Shown here piece by piece: positions 11,144 through 20,044 of a DNA stretch of 64,000 nt. This DNA comes from Candidatus Kapaibacterium sp. (GTDB taxonomy: Bacteria > Bacteroidota > Ignavibacteria > Kapaibacteriales > UBA7675), in NCBI GenBank assembly GCA_028284775.1, contig JANQRB010000074.1, positions 3,256 to 67,255 on the forward strand. Reading direction: 5' to 3'. The notes below the pieces were generated by a model, which was given only the letters and a program-made list of their open reading frames with translations, did no database searches and was not told where the DNA came from. The position numbers were made by a program, and so were the translations under genes. Each line of letters starts with the position of its first letter. Position 1 is the first letter of the stretch.

Positions 11144-11293
11144 TCATTTATCGATTATCCGGTCGGCACTCTGCAATTTCGAGCTAAACCATCGCCACCC
11201 GACTGAATATTAGGTTTCGTGTAGAATATACACGCCAATCAAAATAAATTCAAAAAATCAATTCAAATCGCTTGCTTTTAACAAAAAGAGTAC

Positions 11294-11322
11294 TTGACCT
11301 TGTTGAGCCGGTTTCATATATT
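11294..11322 (+). promoter_or_regulatory. Sigma70-type promoter TTGACC-N17-TATATT
   Basis: Near-consensus hexamers with 17-bp spacer, AT-rich upstream; also TATATTTG (Bacteroidetes -7-like). No long ORF follows. Confidence 0.6.
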
Positions 11323-11327
11323 TGGCG

Positions 11328-11708
11328 CGTCAGATTCAGCTAATATCAGTACTTAAAGTGAGTCGTTGTACGTTGTGAATCTGCGTTAGGCGGTGGCCCG
11401 TCTACACAGAGAACTTGAGTTGCTGAATTTTGATTAGCTGCCGCTGCTATTTCCGCCTTTTTAGGTAAGCTACCTTGTGTGAAGTAGGTCGTGCTTATTG
11501 GAACCCACTGGCTAGCTTACAATTTTTGGTTCCAGACGATCACACTGTTCTTCTGGATGCAGTCGGCGGTAAATGCTGAAATGCAGAGTAGGTCAAACCC
11601 GCCGGCGTGAGTGTCTTTGCTGAAAGAATCGTCTGATTCCTGAAGAAGATATCAGACCAATACTGAAATAATAAAAAAAGAGAGACATCCCGCGAAGAAG
11701 TCTCTCTT
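11328..11708 (+). ncRNA. Candidate structured RNA (or mRNA of a 39-aa peptide)
   Basis: Follows the promoter; stems CAGATTCA/TGAATCTG, TAGGCGG/CCGTCTA, GTCGGCGG/CCGCCGGC, GTCTGAT/ATCAGAC. Confidence 0.35.
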
Positions 11709-11748
11709 GTTCAACCAAAGGGTACGAACGTAAACGAGCTGTTGAACC
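11673..11748 (-). ncRNA. Candidate ~75-nt sRNA
   Basis: Bounded by minus-strand promoter TTGACG-N17-TAAATT and terminator AAGAGAGAC/GTCTCTCTT plus U-run; internal GTTCAAC/GTTGAAC stem. Confidence 0.55.
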
Positions 11749-12020
11749 AAGGAGAATTTACAAAGGTCACAAACCGGCGTCAAAACTTTTCTGACTCAAA
11801 TCATTGAATAAGATTCGGTTGTTACGTATCCGTAGCGCGGCCGGATTTCGCAGAGTTTTCTATTGATGCTTAATACAATTCTCTGCGCCGGCAAGAGAGT
11901 CTCTATTGAGTTTGATGCAATTCTGAAGCGTCTATGCCTAGACCTAGCCTACAGAGGACATCATGCCTGATGTCCACGCCTAGCGACCAGACTTCTGGTT
12001 ATCTTACGAGCTGTTGAACC
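11734..12020 (+). repeat. Exact 15-bp direct repeat ACGAGCTGTTGAACC at 11734-11748 and 12006-12020
   Basis: Both copies read directly from the sequence. Confidence 0.95.
11755..11783 (-). promoter_or_regulatory. Sigma70-type promoter TTGACG-N17-TAAATT
   Basis: + strand reads AATTTA(11755-60)-N17-CGTCAA(11778-83). Confidence 0.6.
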
Positions 12021-12345
12021 GGAGCGCAGCCAGGGGAAGAAGCAATTCTTGCCCTGGCCCGGTTCACATCTCGTTGCGTGATACCATACCGTCACTTCAG
12101 TACCCTGTTAAGGATGGTACAGGTTTTTCGCCTGTACAGGATGTAGCGCAATAACCATGGTCCACGGCAGCATTGTCGTTGGACCGCTGCATCCTTCACT
12201 TCGGGTACTTACTTCGTCGCGAAGATAGTTTTCTCGTTTGCCTATTGCACCGCTTTAGCCCGGAGCGGCCGCCTGCCCCCGAACGGCAAACCCGGCAATC
12301 TCCGGTCGCACTTTTCACTAATTGAAGCCGCGATCGAGAGACTGC
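11840..12345 (+). ncRNA. Candidate large, highly structured RNA
   Basis: Dense nested stems: GGACATCA/TGATGTCC, TGAACCGG/CCGGTTCA, GCCAGGG..GCAA-loop..CCCTGGC, AGTACCC/GGGTACT, GTACAGG/CCTGTAC, AGGATGTAGCG/CGCTGCATCCT, AGTCTCT/AGAGACT. G-U pairs and a GNRA loop favour +. Confidence 0.5.
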
Positions 12346-12398
12346 AATGAAAAGCGTCGCAGTTAATACCTGTCGTTGCATAATCTTCTGAAATCAAC

Positions 12399-12441
12399 AA
12401 AAAAAGTACGTCGGAGCATTAGTGCCGTTGCTCCGACGTAC
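12399..12441 (-). terminator. Rho-independent terminator of the lipoprotein gene
   Basis: GTACGTCGGAGCA/TGCTCCGACGTAC stem, A-run on the + side. Confidence 0.75.
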
Positions 12442-12537
12442 GATAAAGAATTACGCTATTAGATGGTTTGGCCGAAAGCGCCAATCACAAGATGAGAAAT
12501 CGAGAAAGCCGCTTGACGGAACGCTCTATGCGGGCTT

Positions 12538-13521
12538 CTAGTCGCCGCGCCGGTCGCCGCGATCCTGACGTTTGTTATGATCGCGCTTGATTTTGCAGGG
12601 TGTACCATTCACAAGCCAATCGTCCCAGATCGCCTGCTGGTCGGCGTCGAGTAGCTCGCGAATACTGCTGTAAAGGGTATTTTGAGCTTCCTCCAATGCT
12701 GCTTCCAGCGTCGCCTTGAGCTCTTGGTATTCTTCACTGTCCCGGTCGATGGACACGCCGAATTCTTCACGGAGAGCCTTCAGTTCCGCTTTCAGTTCAC
12801 GAACCTGCTGTACATTTTCCTGCTGAGACTCACGAAGCTCGGCGCGGATTGCGGCAATCTGTTCTTTCGGCTCGGCACTTTGGCTGCGCGTCTCTTCATG
12901 CAGCTCCTGCATCATCGCCTTTGCGGTTTCCCGGTCGATCTCGCCCGCTTCCAACTGAGCTTTGATGGCCGCTTTGGCTTCGCGCGCCTGCTGTCCGATC
13001 TCTTTTAACTCCTCGGCGTAGGGCGCCGCCGCTTCTTTAGCAGCCTCCTGAGCGGCACGGATTTCTTCCAGCAATGCCTGCATTTGAGACTGTATCTCTT
13101 CTACCTGGGCCTGATACTCGGGATCGTCGATGTCCGCTAATTCGATGACACTCTGCCGAAACTCTTCTTTCGCCACTGATGCCGCTTCCTTAAACTCACC
13201 CAGCTCTACCTTTACCGACTCCTTCTGCTCATCGCTTAAGTTAAGACAGATAAAAGGAATACGCCCGCTGCCCTTCGAAGATTTGCCCTTGCGCATCATT
13301 AATGGCTCCGAAGCTGCATCGAGATCGATGTTGAAATCCAATTCGTCGCCAAAAAGATCGTCGCCGTTATCGCCGCCGAATAAAGCGGAACTATTGAAAC
13401 TGTCTGCCGATGACAGGGGACTATCACTTTCCGTACACGCCACGAACAGTACCAACATCGCGATGCTCAAGCCCAGTGCGGTTCCGCGAACTTTCCATTG
13501 AGATTCTTTGTGGATTAGCAT
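12538..13521 (-). CDS. Coiled-coil lipoprotein, Spy/CpxP-like periplasmic chaperone candidate
   Basis: Lipobox 'LFVAC'; 'LNLSDEQKE' and 'LLDADQQ' motifs flank long helices; divergent from ECF sigma. Confidence 0.6.
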   Translation of the reverse strand: MLIHKESQWKVRGTALGLSIAMLVLFVACTESDSPLSSADSFNSSALFGGDNGDDLFGDELDFNIDLDAASEPLMMRKGKSSKGSGRIPFICLNLSDEQKESVKVELGEFKEAASVAKEEFRQSVIELADIDDPEYQAQVEEIQSQMQALLEEIRAAQEAAKEAAAPYAEELKEIGQQAREAKAAIKAQLEAGEIDRETAKAMMQELHEETRSQSAEPKEQIAAIRAELRESQQENVQQVRELKAELKALREEFGVSIDRDSEEYQELKATLEAALEEAQNTLYSSIRELLDADQQAIWDDWLVNGTPCKIKRDHNKRQDRGDRRGD

Positions 13522-13591
13522 TGTCCTACCTTTTCACTTGGTTCGTTTTCATTCGAAGAGAAATCATTTGCGAGCGCTCTCAGAGGCAAAC

Positions 13592-13618
13592 AATGCCGGG
13601 TCGATTTGCTTTGTTACA
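13592..13618 (-). promoter_or_regulatory. Predicted ECF promoter TGTAACAA-N11-CCGGCATT for the lipoprotein gene
   Basis: Same 16 fixed bases and spacing as 13791-13817 on the opposite strand. Confidence 0.75.
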
Positions 13619-13790
13619 GCAGCGGGGTCAAGGAAGAAAATTCGCACAAAAGGCTTTAAATGGTGTTATTAGGCAAAAAATATTTTATTTGCGGCCGGAA
13701 AAAGCGACATCTCCGATTGGGAGTACGGTCAAGCTGAGGCGACAGATATTTGTAGCTCTCTTTGCAGCATTCACTTCTGTTTCCATGGCG

Positions 13791-13817
13791 TGTAACAATC
13801 CAGGCGGCGCCGGCATT
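13791..13817 (+). promoter_or_regulatory. Predicted autoregulatory ECF promoter TGTAACAA-N11-CCGGCATT
   Basis: Ends 7 nt before ATG 13825; AAC in the -35 element is typical of ECF promoters. Confidence 0.75.
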
Positions 13818-13824
13818 TCTGAGG

Positions 13825-14394
13825 ATGCACAATATGAAAGCGACTGAACGAAGCGCAGCAAGCGATGAAGAGTTGTTCGAGCTGGTGCAGCAAGACAACG
13901 AACGACAGGCTTTCCAGGAATTGTATCAACGCTACAGTCGAAGGGTTTTTTCCTACTGTCTGCGAGCAATGGATACGCGCGAGGATGCCGAGGATGTTTT
14001 TCAAACGGTGGTGATGAATATTTATGCTAAGCGTGATTCGTTCAAGGGCGGAAGTTTTGTGGCCTGGTTGATGACAATTACACGCAATCAATGTCTGATG
14101 GGCAAGCGCAATAAACGCATCACCCGCGACATTGACGAAATGGTGGACGTACTTGAAAGCAGCAACAACGAAGCGAAGCAGGACTTTGCCCTGAACGAGG
14201 CGGTGCGTGAGTCAATAGCCGCGCTGCCGGAAGAATTTCGTGAAGCGGTAGAAATGAAGTATTTCGATGATTTTTCTTACGAGCAGATTGCTAAAGCTAC
14301 CGGCGCCTCGTTGTCACTTGTTAAAGTGCGTCTCTTTCGGGCTAAAAAAATGCTGCTGAAAATGATGACGCCGTATCGGGAGAATTTTCTATGA
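13825..14394 (+). CDS. ECF-type RNA polymerase sigma factor (sigma-70 family)
   Basis: 'SDEEL', 'AFQELYQRY', 'DAEDVFQ', 'WLMTITRN', region 4 'SYEQIA...VKVRLFRAK'. Confidence 0.93.
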   Translation: MHNMKATERSAASDEELFELVQQDNERQAFQELYQRYSRRVFSYCLRAMDTREDAEDVFQTVVMNIYAKRDSFKGGSFVAWLMTITRNQCLMGKRNKRITRDIDEMVDVLESSNNEAKQDFALNEAVRESIAALPEEFREAVEMKYFDDFSYEQIAKATGASLSLVKVRLFRAKKMLLKMMTPYRENFL

Positions 14395-15299
14395 GAGCTG
14401 AAGAACTTCTTGCCAAATATCTCGATGGTTCACTGACGCAGGCTGAAGAGACCGAGTGGATCTCGCTGCTGGAATCGTCGCCCGATCTTGCCGAAGAGGC
14501 CCGTGCGCTGGGTGGCCTGGAAGAAGCCCTTAGCAGCCAAAAAACAATTCTGTCTCCCGCCGACCAGGCTTACCTGGATTCAGTAGGCGAGCGGGCACTC
14601 GATGCAATGGCGCTGCCACTCGATGGCGGTGCGGCGGCGGCGGGCAGCAGTACGGCAGGCAGCGGGATAACGGGGAGCCTCACGGGAATCGTCTCGGCAG
14701 CGATTGGCGGCCTTCTTATTCTAGGCGGCGTTGCATATCTGACACTGCTGAATGGCGAGGACGACCAGGGCCTGTCCACCAACGCTGAGCGGAATACTCC
14801 GGAAGCCGTGGCAGTTGATGTTCCGCCCGCGGATCTTGATCAAGTTCCAGATGAAACGCAAAGCGCCTCCGACAATGATGCGGCGGCAACGGATCCGCAA
14901 AGCAACGCGCTTAGCGAGCCAACGCTTACGAGTGCTCCACCGGAATCGCAACCGGCAGCAGAACTTCAGGATCCAGCGCCCGAACTTTTCCATGAAAACG
15001 AAGCTTCCGCTGCGGAGGGAAGCAGCACGCAAGATGTTCAGATAGAAGCCCAGGTCAAGCTGCAGCGTATCTATGAAGACATTAAAATAGCCAGACAACA
15101 GCTTAACAAGGCCGAACAGCAGAGCAACACGGTCGGGCAGGCCCGGGCGGCTTTGAACCTGGGCAAGCTCTATCGGCAGCTTGGCAAGACCAGTCACAGC
15201 GCAAATTATCTGAAAATTGCCGAACGCTTCGCTAAAGCCGCCGGATTGGACAAAATTGAATCCGACGCGCAACAGGAGCTGCTTTTACTCGAAAACTGA
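14391..15299 (+). CDS. Membrane-anchored anti-sigma factor with C-terminal TPR-like helices
   Basis: ATGA overlap with sigma gene; N-terminal 'LLAKYLDGSLT', one TM helix, low-complexity linker, TPR-like end. Confidence 0.75.
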   Translation: MRAEELLAKYLDGSLTQAEETEWISLLESSPDLAEEARALGGLEEALSSQKTILSPADQAYLDSVGERALDAMALPLDGGAAAAGSSTAGSGITGSLTGIVSAAIGGLLILGGVAYLTLLNGEDDQGLSTNAERNTPEAVAVDVPPADLDQVPDETQSASDNDAAATDPQSNALSEPTLTSAPPESQPAAELQDPAPELFHENEASAAEGSSTQDVQIEAQVKLQRIYEDIKIARQQLNKAEQQSNTVGQARAALNLGKLYRQLGKTSHSANYLKIAERFAKAAGLDKIESDAQQELLLLEN

Positions 15300-15349
15300 A
15301 AGTTCAAAGTGCATCCCTGAAGTGCAGGCTAACAACCTCAAACAGCATA

Positions 15350-15387
15350 CCGGGCCGTGATGATTGTCGGGCCCGGTTTTTCTTTTC
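15350..15387 (+). terminator. Rho-independent terminator
   Basis: CCGGGCC...GGCCCGG followed by TTTTTCTTTT. Confidence 0.65.
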
Positions 15388-15685
15388 GATCGACGCCAAA
15401 ACTACTTTACTATGGAATCGCCTGATCTTGCCGGATTATCCCTGGCCGTAGGGTCGTCTCCAGCCTTGCTTCAACTCCGGATATTGCTTGTATCACCCTG
15501 ATAACCATATCTGTGAACCGGCGGCTAGCTTAGCAAAAAAAGCATTGACAAATATTTTGCCTGCAGAGGAACTTTAGATTTCATGCTGCTGTTTAATGCC
15601 TCGGTTGCAGGAAACTGCCTCCATGCGGACTACAAAGTTCTTTAGACGACAATTGCTACACAGCAATCATAAATGGCCCCGTTTT

Positions 15686-15745
15686 GAAACGAGGCGTACT
15701 CGAATTATCGCATAAGCGATTGTAGTACGCCTCGTTTCGTTTTTG
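15686..15745. terminator. Long inverted repeat, probable terminator
   Basis: GAAACGAGGCGTACT ... AGTACGCCTCGTTTC, 15-bp arms, followed by GTTTTT. Confidence 0.6.
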
Positions 15746-15819
15746 CTGCAATCAATGACGAACACAAGCGCCGACTCGGGCCGGACCGGCTGCTGCGATC
15801 ACCCGGCGTTAGCTGCGTT

Positions 15820-17934
15820 TCATTCACGACCTTTGTTATTACGAGTCGGGGATTGATAGATGACTCGCAGCTGAAGTCCCGGACGCCGGATGCGGTTACC
15901 CTTGCCGGCATTGGCTCCTGCCATATCCGCCTCGCGAACCAGGTCAACATCGGCAAGTCCGAGCGCCCCCAGCCGATTCCGCATATTTTGCTGTTGTAAC
16001 TTCATTGCGTCAAGAAAAAGAGCACTCAGCGCAGCGCCGCCTGCCCTAGCCGATTTCACGCTGTTCACTATGTGGCGAACAGAAGAATCAGGGAATTGAA
16101 GGCTGCTTTCCGGCAGAAAAAAGGTCTGACTGTAGAGCGGCAGTTCACCTGCCTGTTGCCGGGGCGCACCGCCCGGCCTCAGATTAATGTCGCCTTCGGC
16201 GATGACAACTGTTTGCTCTTCGTAGTCTGTGACGGTGAGTCGGTAGGCGAGTGCCTGATCGAGCAGAGCGCCAAAATCCTCAATGAAATCCAAAGGGACG
16301 TCGATGGAGGCGGGAGGCTCTCCGTCGCCGTCGCGCCAATGCAACTCCCGCTGTCCAATCAGAATGGTCAGACGCCAGAACTTAACCCCGGACTCGGCCA
16401 GGACAGTCGGAAAAAATCGGAGTGTCGGGAGGTCATTGAGCGGTCGTGCTATCGTATCGACGATTTGCAATGGCGCCTGCAACTGCGTCGTACCGTATCG
16501 CAATCCAATTGCAGCGCTCTCCCTGTTGGAATCGACTTGCTGTTCGATATCGATTCCGATCCGTTCCTCATCTACAGCCCACACTTTTTTTAGATACGCG
16601 CGAATCGACCGGGCACGCGCAAGGGCCAGGTCCGTCTCGGAAGCGTAATCGCCTTTGTGGGGCTGAGCAAGCACATCCAGCCAAGCCGAGCTGTCCTGAT
16701 TCAGACGCCAACCCAGAATATTCAGCAGGTTTGCATTGACTTCATCATAGTTCCAATCTTCCCGCCTGAAGTCGAATTCATTTTTGTGGCGGAGCTGTTG
16801 CTGATGAGAAGGCAGAATCGAAAGACCGTCATCGAAAACCAGGACGCCGGGCAACGCGAATATTTGTTCCGAACGCACTGCTTCCAGCTCCAGACTCATA
16901 GCTGCCTGCTCGCGACCGTTCTCGCGCAAAAAACGAAGGCTCATGCTACCGGAGAGGAGTCCACGAGGCCGGGGCAGCTCCAACACCCATATCTCCTGAA
17001 TCAGCACCGTGGTCAGGACGTCGTTCGTACCGCGCAGGCTGCGTTCGCTGACCTCGCGGCGGTCGAGGCGCAGACGCTCGGCGCTGAGACCATCAACCAG
17101 CATGGTTGTCGTGTCCCGCTGGTACAATGTATCGCGTCGCACGCGCAGATCCGGCGCCGGCCCGATAATCAGGGCGAGGCCAGCATGCAGGGTGCTTGCC
17201 TGCCATTCCGTGTCGCGAACAAAGTTACTAAGACCGTACTCAAGACGCAGTTCGGGCCGCAGGCGCCAGGCGCCCCCGGGACTTATCGCAAGCTCGTAGG
17301 CTATGCCGGCGGTCAAAGCAAGATGCACGGGAGCGATTTCAGCTATGCTGCCTGATTTGTCAGGAAACACCGTGACGACTGACGCATCGACCGGTTCGGC
17401 CAAAACACTGCGCTGTGAAAAATCGGAACCGGGCAAAACGGCAAGCCGTCCTCCGAAGCTAATCAGAAAATGATCGAGCGGCTCATATATAAGGTTCGGC
17501 TCAATGCCGACAGATAGAAATGAGCTTTCGAGGCTGTGCCGAAAGATTCCCTGCACAGGGCGATTGCTGTCGGCAATAACTGTCGCTTCCAGGGCTTCGA
17601 ATTCAACGGCAAAGGGCTGAATACTTAAACGCAGTCCAAGCCTCAACTGCCGACGCCACTGCCATTCGGCCAGAGCCCCAAAACTGAAGCCTGTGCTGCC
17701 GGTGTCGGAAAACGAGGCTTGTGCCTTGGCAACACCGGGAAAGGAATTGAAATCGGCGCGATGCTGTACCAAGTCGCCATGTCCAAAAATTCCAAAGCGC
17801 CACTGGTTGAGATCTGAGCTGTCTGTTGGCGCGGCAAACAGCGAAAAGGCGCTCGTTACTGCAAACAGCAAGGGTACGATAAAAAATGACCGGACCCGAT
17901 TGGGAAGAAAGGACTGCCAAAATGCTTGCGCCAT
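15820..17934 (-). CDS. Outer-membrane beta-barrel protein with degenerate OmpA-like region
   Basis: Signal peptide, alternating beta strands, 'LLNILGWRL...LALARARSIRAYLKKVW'. Confidence 0.6.
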   Translation of the reverse strand: MAQAFWQSFLPNRVRSFFIVPLLFAVTSAFSLFAAPTDSSDLNQWRFGIFGHGDLVQHRADFNSFPGVAKAQASFSDTGSTGFSFGALAEWQWRRQLRLGLRLSIQPFAVEFEALEATVIADSNRPVQGIFRHSLESSFLSVGIEPNLIYEPLDHFLISFGGRLAVLPGSDFSQRSVLAEPVDASVVTVFPDKSGSIAEIAPVHLALTAGIAYELAISPGGAWRLRPELRLEYGLSNFVRDTEWQASTLHAGLALIIGPAPDLRVRRDTLYQRDTTTMLVDGLSAERLRLDRREVSERSLRGTNDVLTTVLIQEIWVLELPRPRGLLSGSMSLRFLRENGREQAAMSLELEAVRSEQIFALPGVLVFDDGLSILPSHQQQLRHKNEFDFRREDWNYDEVNANLLNILGWRLNQDSSAWLDVLAQPHKGDYASETDLALARARSIRAYLKKVWAVDEERIGIDIEQQVDSNRESAAIGLRYGTTQLQAPLQIVDTIARPLNDLPTLRFFPTVLAESGVKFWRLTILIGQRELHWRDGDGEPPASIDVPLDFIEDFGALLDQALAYRLTVTDYEEQTVVIAEGDINLRPGGAPRQQAGELPLYSQTFFLPESSLQFPDSSVRHIVNSVKSARAGGAALSALFLDAMKLQQQNMRNRLGALGLADVDLVREADMAGANAGKGNRIRRPGLQLRVIYQSPTRNNKGRE

Positions 17935-19202
17935 TAATTAGCCACAACGATGATACGAGTCATGGAAAAATCGGGGGTCCGGAGCCACAGGAAATAGAGC
18001 CCCGGCGCTGGAAAGACACTACGTGGCAGAGTGCTGGTAAAACTGTTCTCGTTTCGCGGCAGGATGCGACTCAAGTCACGCAGCGGGTTGCCCAGCGCAT
18101 CGAAAATGCCTAACTCCGTTGGTCCGAAATACTTAACAAAAACGCTGGCTTCATCAATGAGGGGATTGGGAACGATTTCGATTTCGAGTGGTCCCTGATT
18201 CGGATTTACCAGGCGCGGTATTCCATCCTCATAGTAGAGGCCATCAAGGCTGAATACGCCATGCTGTAAGTCAATATTATCGAGGGGTCTGTCCGCGCTC
18301 CGGACAATAAATGAGAATCCTTCAATCTCCATGGTCGACACGGCAACATTGCCGAGCATGGCGATCATTGGAATCTGGTGGAGGGTGTCGCCGACGGCAA
18401 AATCCAGCCCCTGAGCATTCACGGGATTTAAGAGAAGGGTCTGCTTGCCATTAGCTACAATGCTGCGCGTGTCGGGATCGACCGGCGTCATAACCGAGGC
18501 GTTAAAACTGATCCGACAGGAATAACCGACAAGATTGCGACGCGGCATAAACTTTGTTAAAATTACCGGCAGCAGGAATTCTTCACCGGGCGCGGCGCTG
18601 ATCGCCGGAATAGTTACCGCATCGGTAACTTCGCCGGCCGTTCGTTCTTCAACGACGTTGGCGCGGATGGGAAGATCAACAAGTACCTCGTCGTTGTCTC
18701 TCAGCAGCTTGATGCTCGCCAGTTTAAGTCCGGTCTGCGCCGGCGGCACCTGGGCGCCGCCCTGACGATAGTGAATTCTGATGATCCGGTTGCCGCCGGG
18801 GGGGATGTTGATGGTATTGGCCGGCTCGAGCGAAAATAGGGACTCCTGGTTGTTGGAGAAGCTAAAGGAATTAAGCGAAATAACACGGTCGTTACAGTTT
18901 TCCAACAATACGCTGATTTCTCTCCGTTCATCCGGCAGCACGTCGCGGAAATTGACGGCACCGGGACTGGCAGAAATGGTACTTCCGCTGAGAGTTTGGT
19001 CGCGCTGAGCTTTAGCCGGCGCCGAATGCGGAATGTCGGATCGCAGATCGAGGATTGGATCTTGCGCCTGAATAATTCTGAGCCCCTTGCCGGTCATCCT
19101 GCCATCATCCGCCGGCAGGCGGGAAACAGGCTGCGTCAGAAGTAGGGTCAACAAGCAGATCGCGGCCCGAACAACCGACCTTCGCAAATGAAGGAAATTC
19201 AT
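17934..19202 (-). CDS. Secreted protein with Ig-like/ASH and cohesin-like domains and T9SS-like CTD
   Basis: 'IVPNPL...IFDALG...PGLYFLWL' C-terminus; cohesin-like 'PGEEFLLPV...ISFNASVM'. Confidence 0.7.
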   Translation of the reverse strand: MNFLHLRRSVVRAAICLLTLLLTQPVSRLPADDGRMTGKGLRIIQAQDPILDLRSDIPHSAPAKAQRDQTLSGSTISASPGAVNFRDVLPDERREISVLLENCNDRVISLNSFSFSNNQESLFSLEPANTINIPPGGNRIIRIHYRQGGAQVPPAQTGLKLASIKLLRDNDEVLVDLPIRANVVEERTAGEVTDAVTIPAISAAPGEEFLLPVILTKFMPRRNLVGYSCRISFNASVMTPVDPDTRSIVANGKQTLLLNPVNAQGLDFAVGDTLHQIPMIAMLGNVAVSTMEIEGFSFIVRSADRPLDNIDLQHGVFSLDGLYYEDGIPRLVNPNQGPLEIEIVPNPLIDEASVFVKYFGPTELGIFDALGNPLRDLSRILPRNENSFTSTLPRSVFPAPGLYFLWLRTPDFSMTRIIVVAN

Positions 19203-19390
19203 TATCTCACGTTGTCTTCTGGATCTACAATTCCGCATGAAACAGACCGATAATACAAAAAGAGCGCGGTACCGGCAAGTTGGCATCACATCCGCCGCCG
19301 GAAAAATGCGGTAGATGCCTGTGACCGCGAATCAACAGCACCGAGCTTCCAGCGGTCCCGTTTATCTGAAAACCGGCAAGCTCTCGACTG

Positions 19391-19732
19391 TTACATCGGG
19401 TTTATCGGCCGTACTTCAACGCTGCCGCCGTCTGCAAGTATCGGACAGCCCCTGGCAATTTTCTCTGCCTGCGAAAGATCGTCGGCGCGAATGATAAGAT
19501 AGCCGGCGACGACTTCTTTGCCTTCGGCAAAAGGACCGTCGGTGACGATCTGTTCCGGGCCTCGCAATACTTTGCCTTCCTGCGCCAGGGGACGCCCGCT
19601 CTCGAGATGGCCCTGTGCCGCAAGGTTTTCCATCCAACGCTTCCATTTTTGCATGTGAGCCTGCATCAGATCGGCATTGGCAAACAGCTCATCAACGTTT
19701 CCGCCTCGAAAGAGGTAGAGAAAATCATCCAT
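19391..19732 (-). CDS. YciI/DGPF family protein
   Basis: 'VTDGPFAEGKEVVAGY', 'GSVEVRP'. Confidence 0.9.
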   Translation of the reverse strand: MDDFLYLFRGGNVDELFANADLMQAHMQKWKRWMENLAAQGHLESGRPLAQEGKVLRGPEQIVTDGPFAEGKEVVAGYLIIRADDLSQAEKIARGCPILADGGSVEVRPINPM

Positions 19733-20044
19733 ATCAACAAATCCCGCATCAGATACGTGAATCTCTGTTTAGCAATTATACCGGAGGCCCCGGGCGCACA
19801 GCCTCTGTACCATTCCGCCGAATGACTCGCCGGACGGAAGGTCCGTCAGATACCGGGAGGCGTGATCAAAACGGACGGGGTGCATCGGCGCTCATGGACG
19901 CAGACAAATGTACGCAAAAAAAATCGAGGGCGGGCAAGCCGCGACAGCAAACTGATTGTGCAGCGTCCCGAGGGGCATCGCTGAAAGTATTTGTCACAGC
20001 TCAGCACTTTAGCTAAGTTGCACGCTTTCACATTTGAGGCGACG

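Noticed and set aside
12196..12381. 61-aa minus-strand ORF
   Set aside because: Lies beyond the minus-strand terminator, antisense to the structured region, no protein features.
10775..12537. RNase P, tmRNA, SRP, 6S or group I/II intron as identity of the structured gap
   Set aside because: Hallmark motifs (GAGGAAAGTCC, tRNA-like ends, GGAA-loop SRP helix, domain V) not found; TTGAACC alone is insufficient for 6S.
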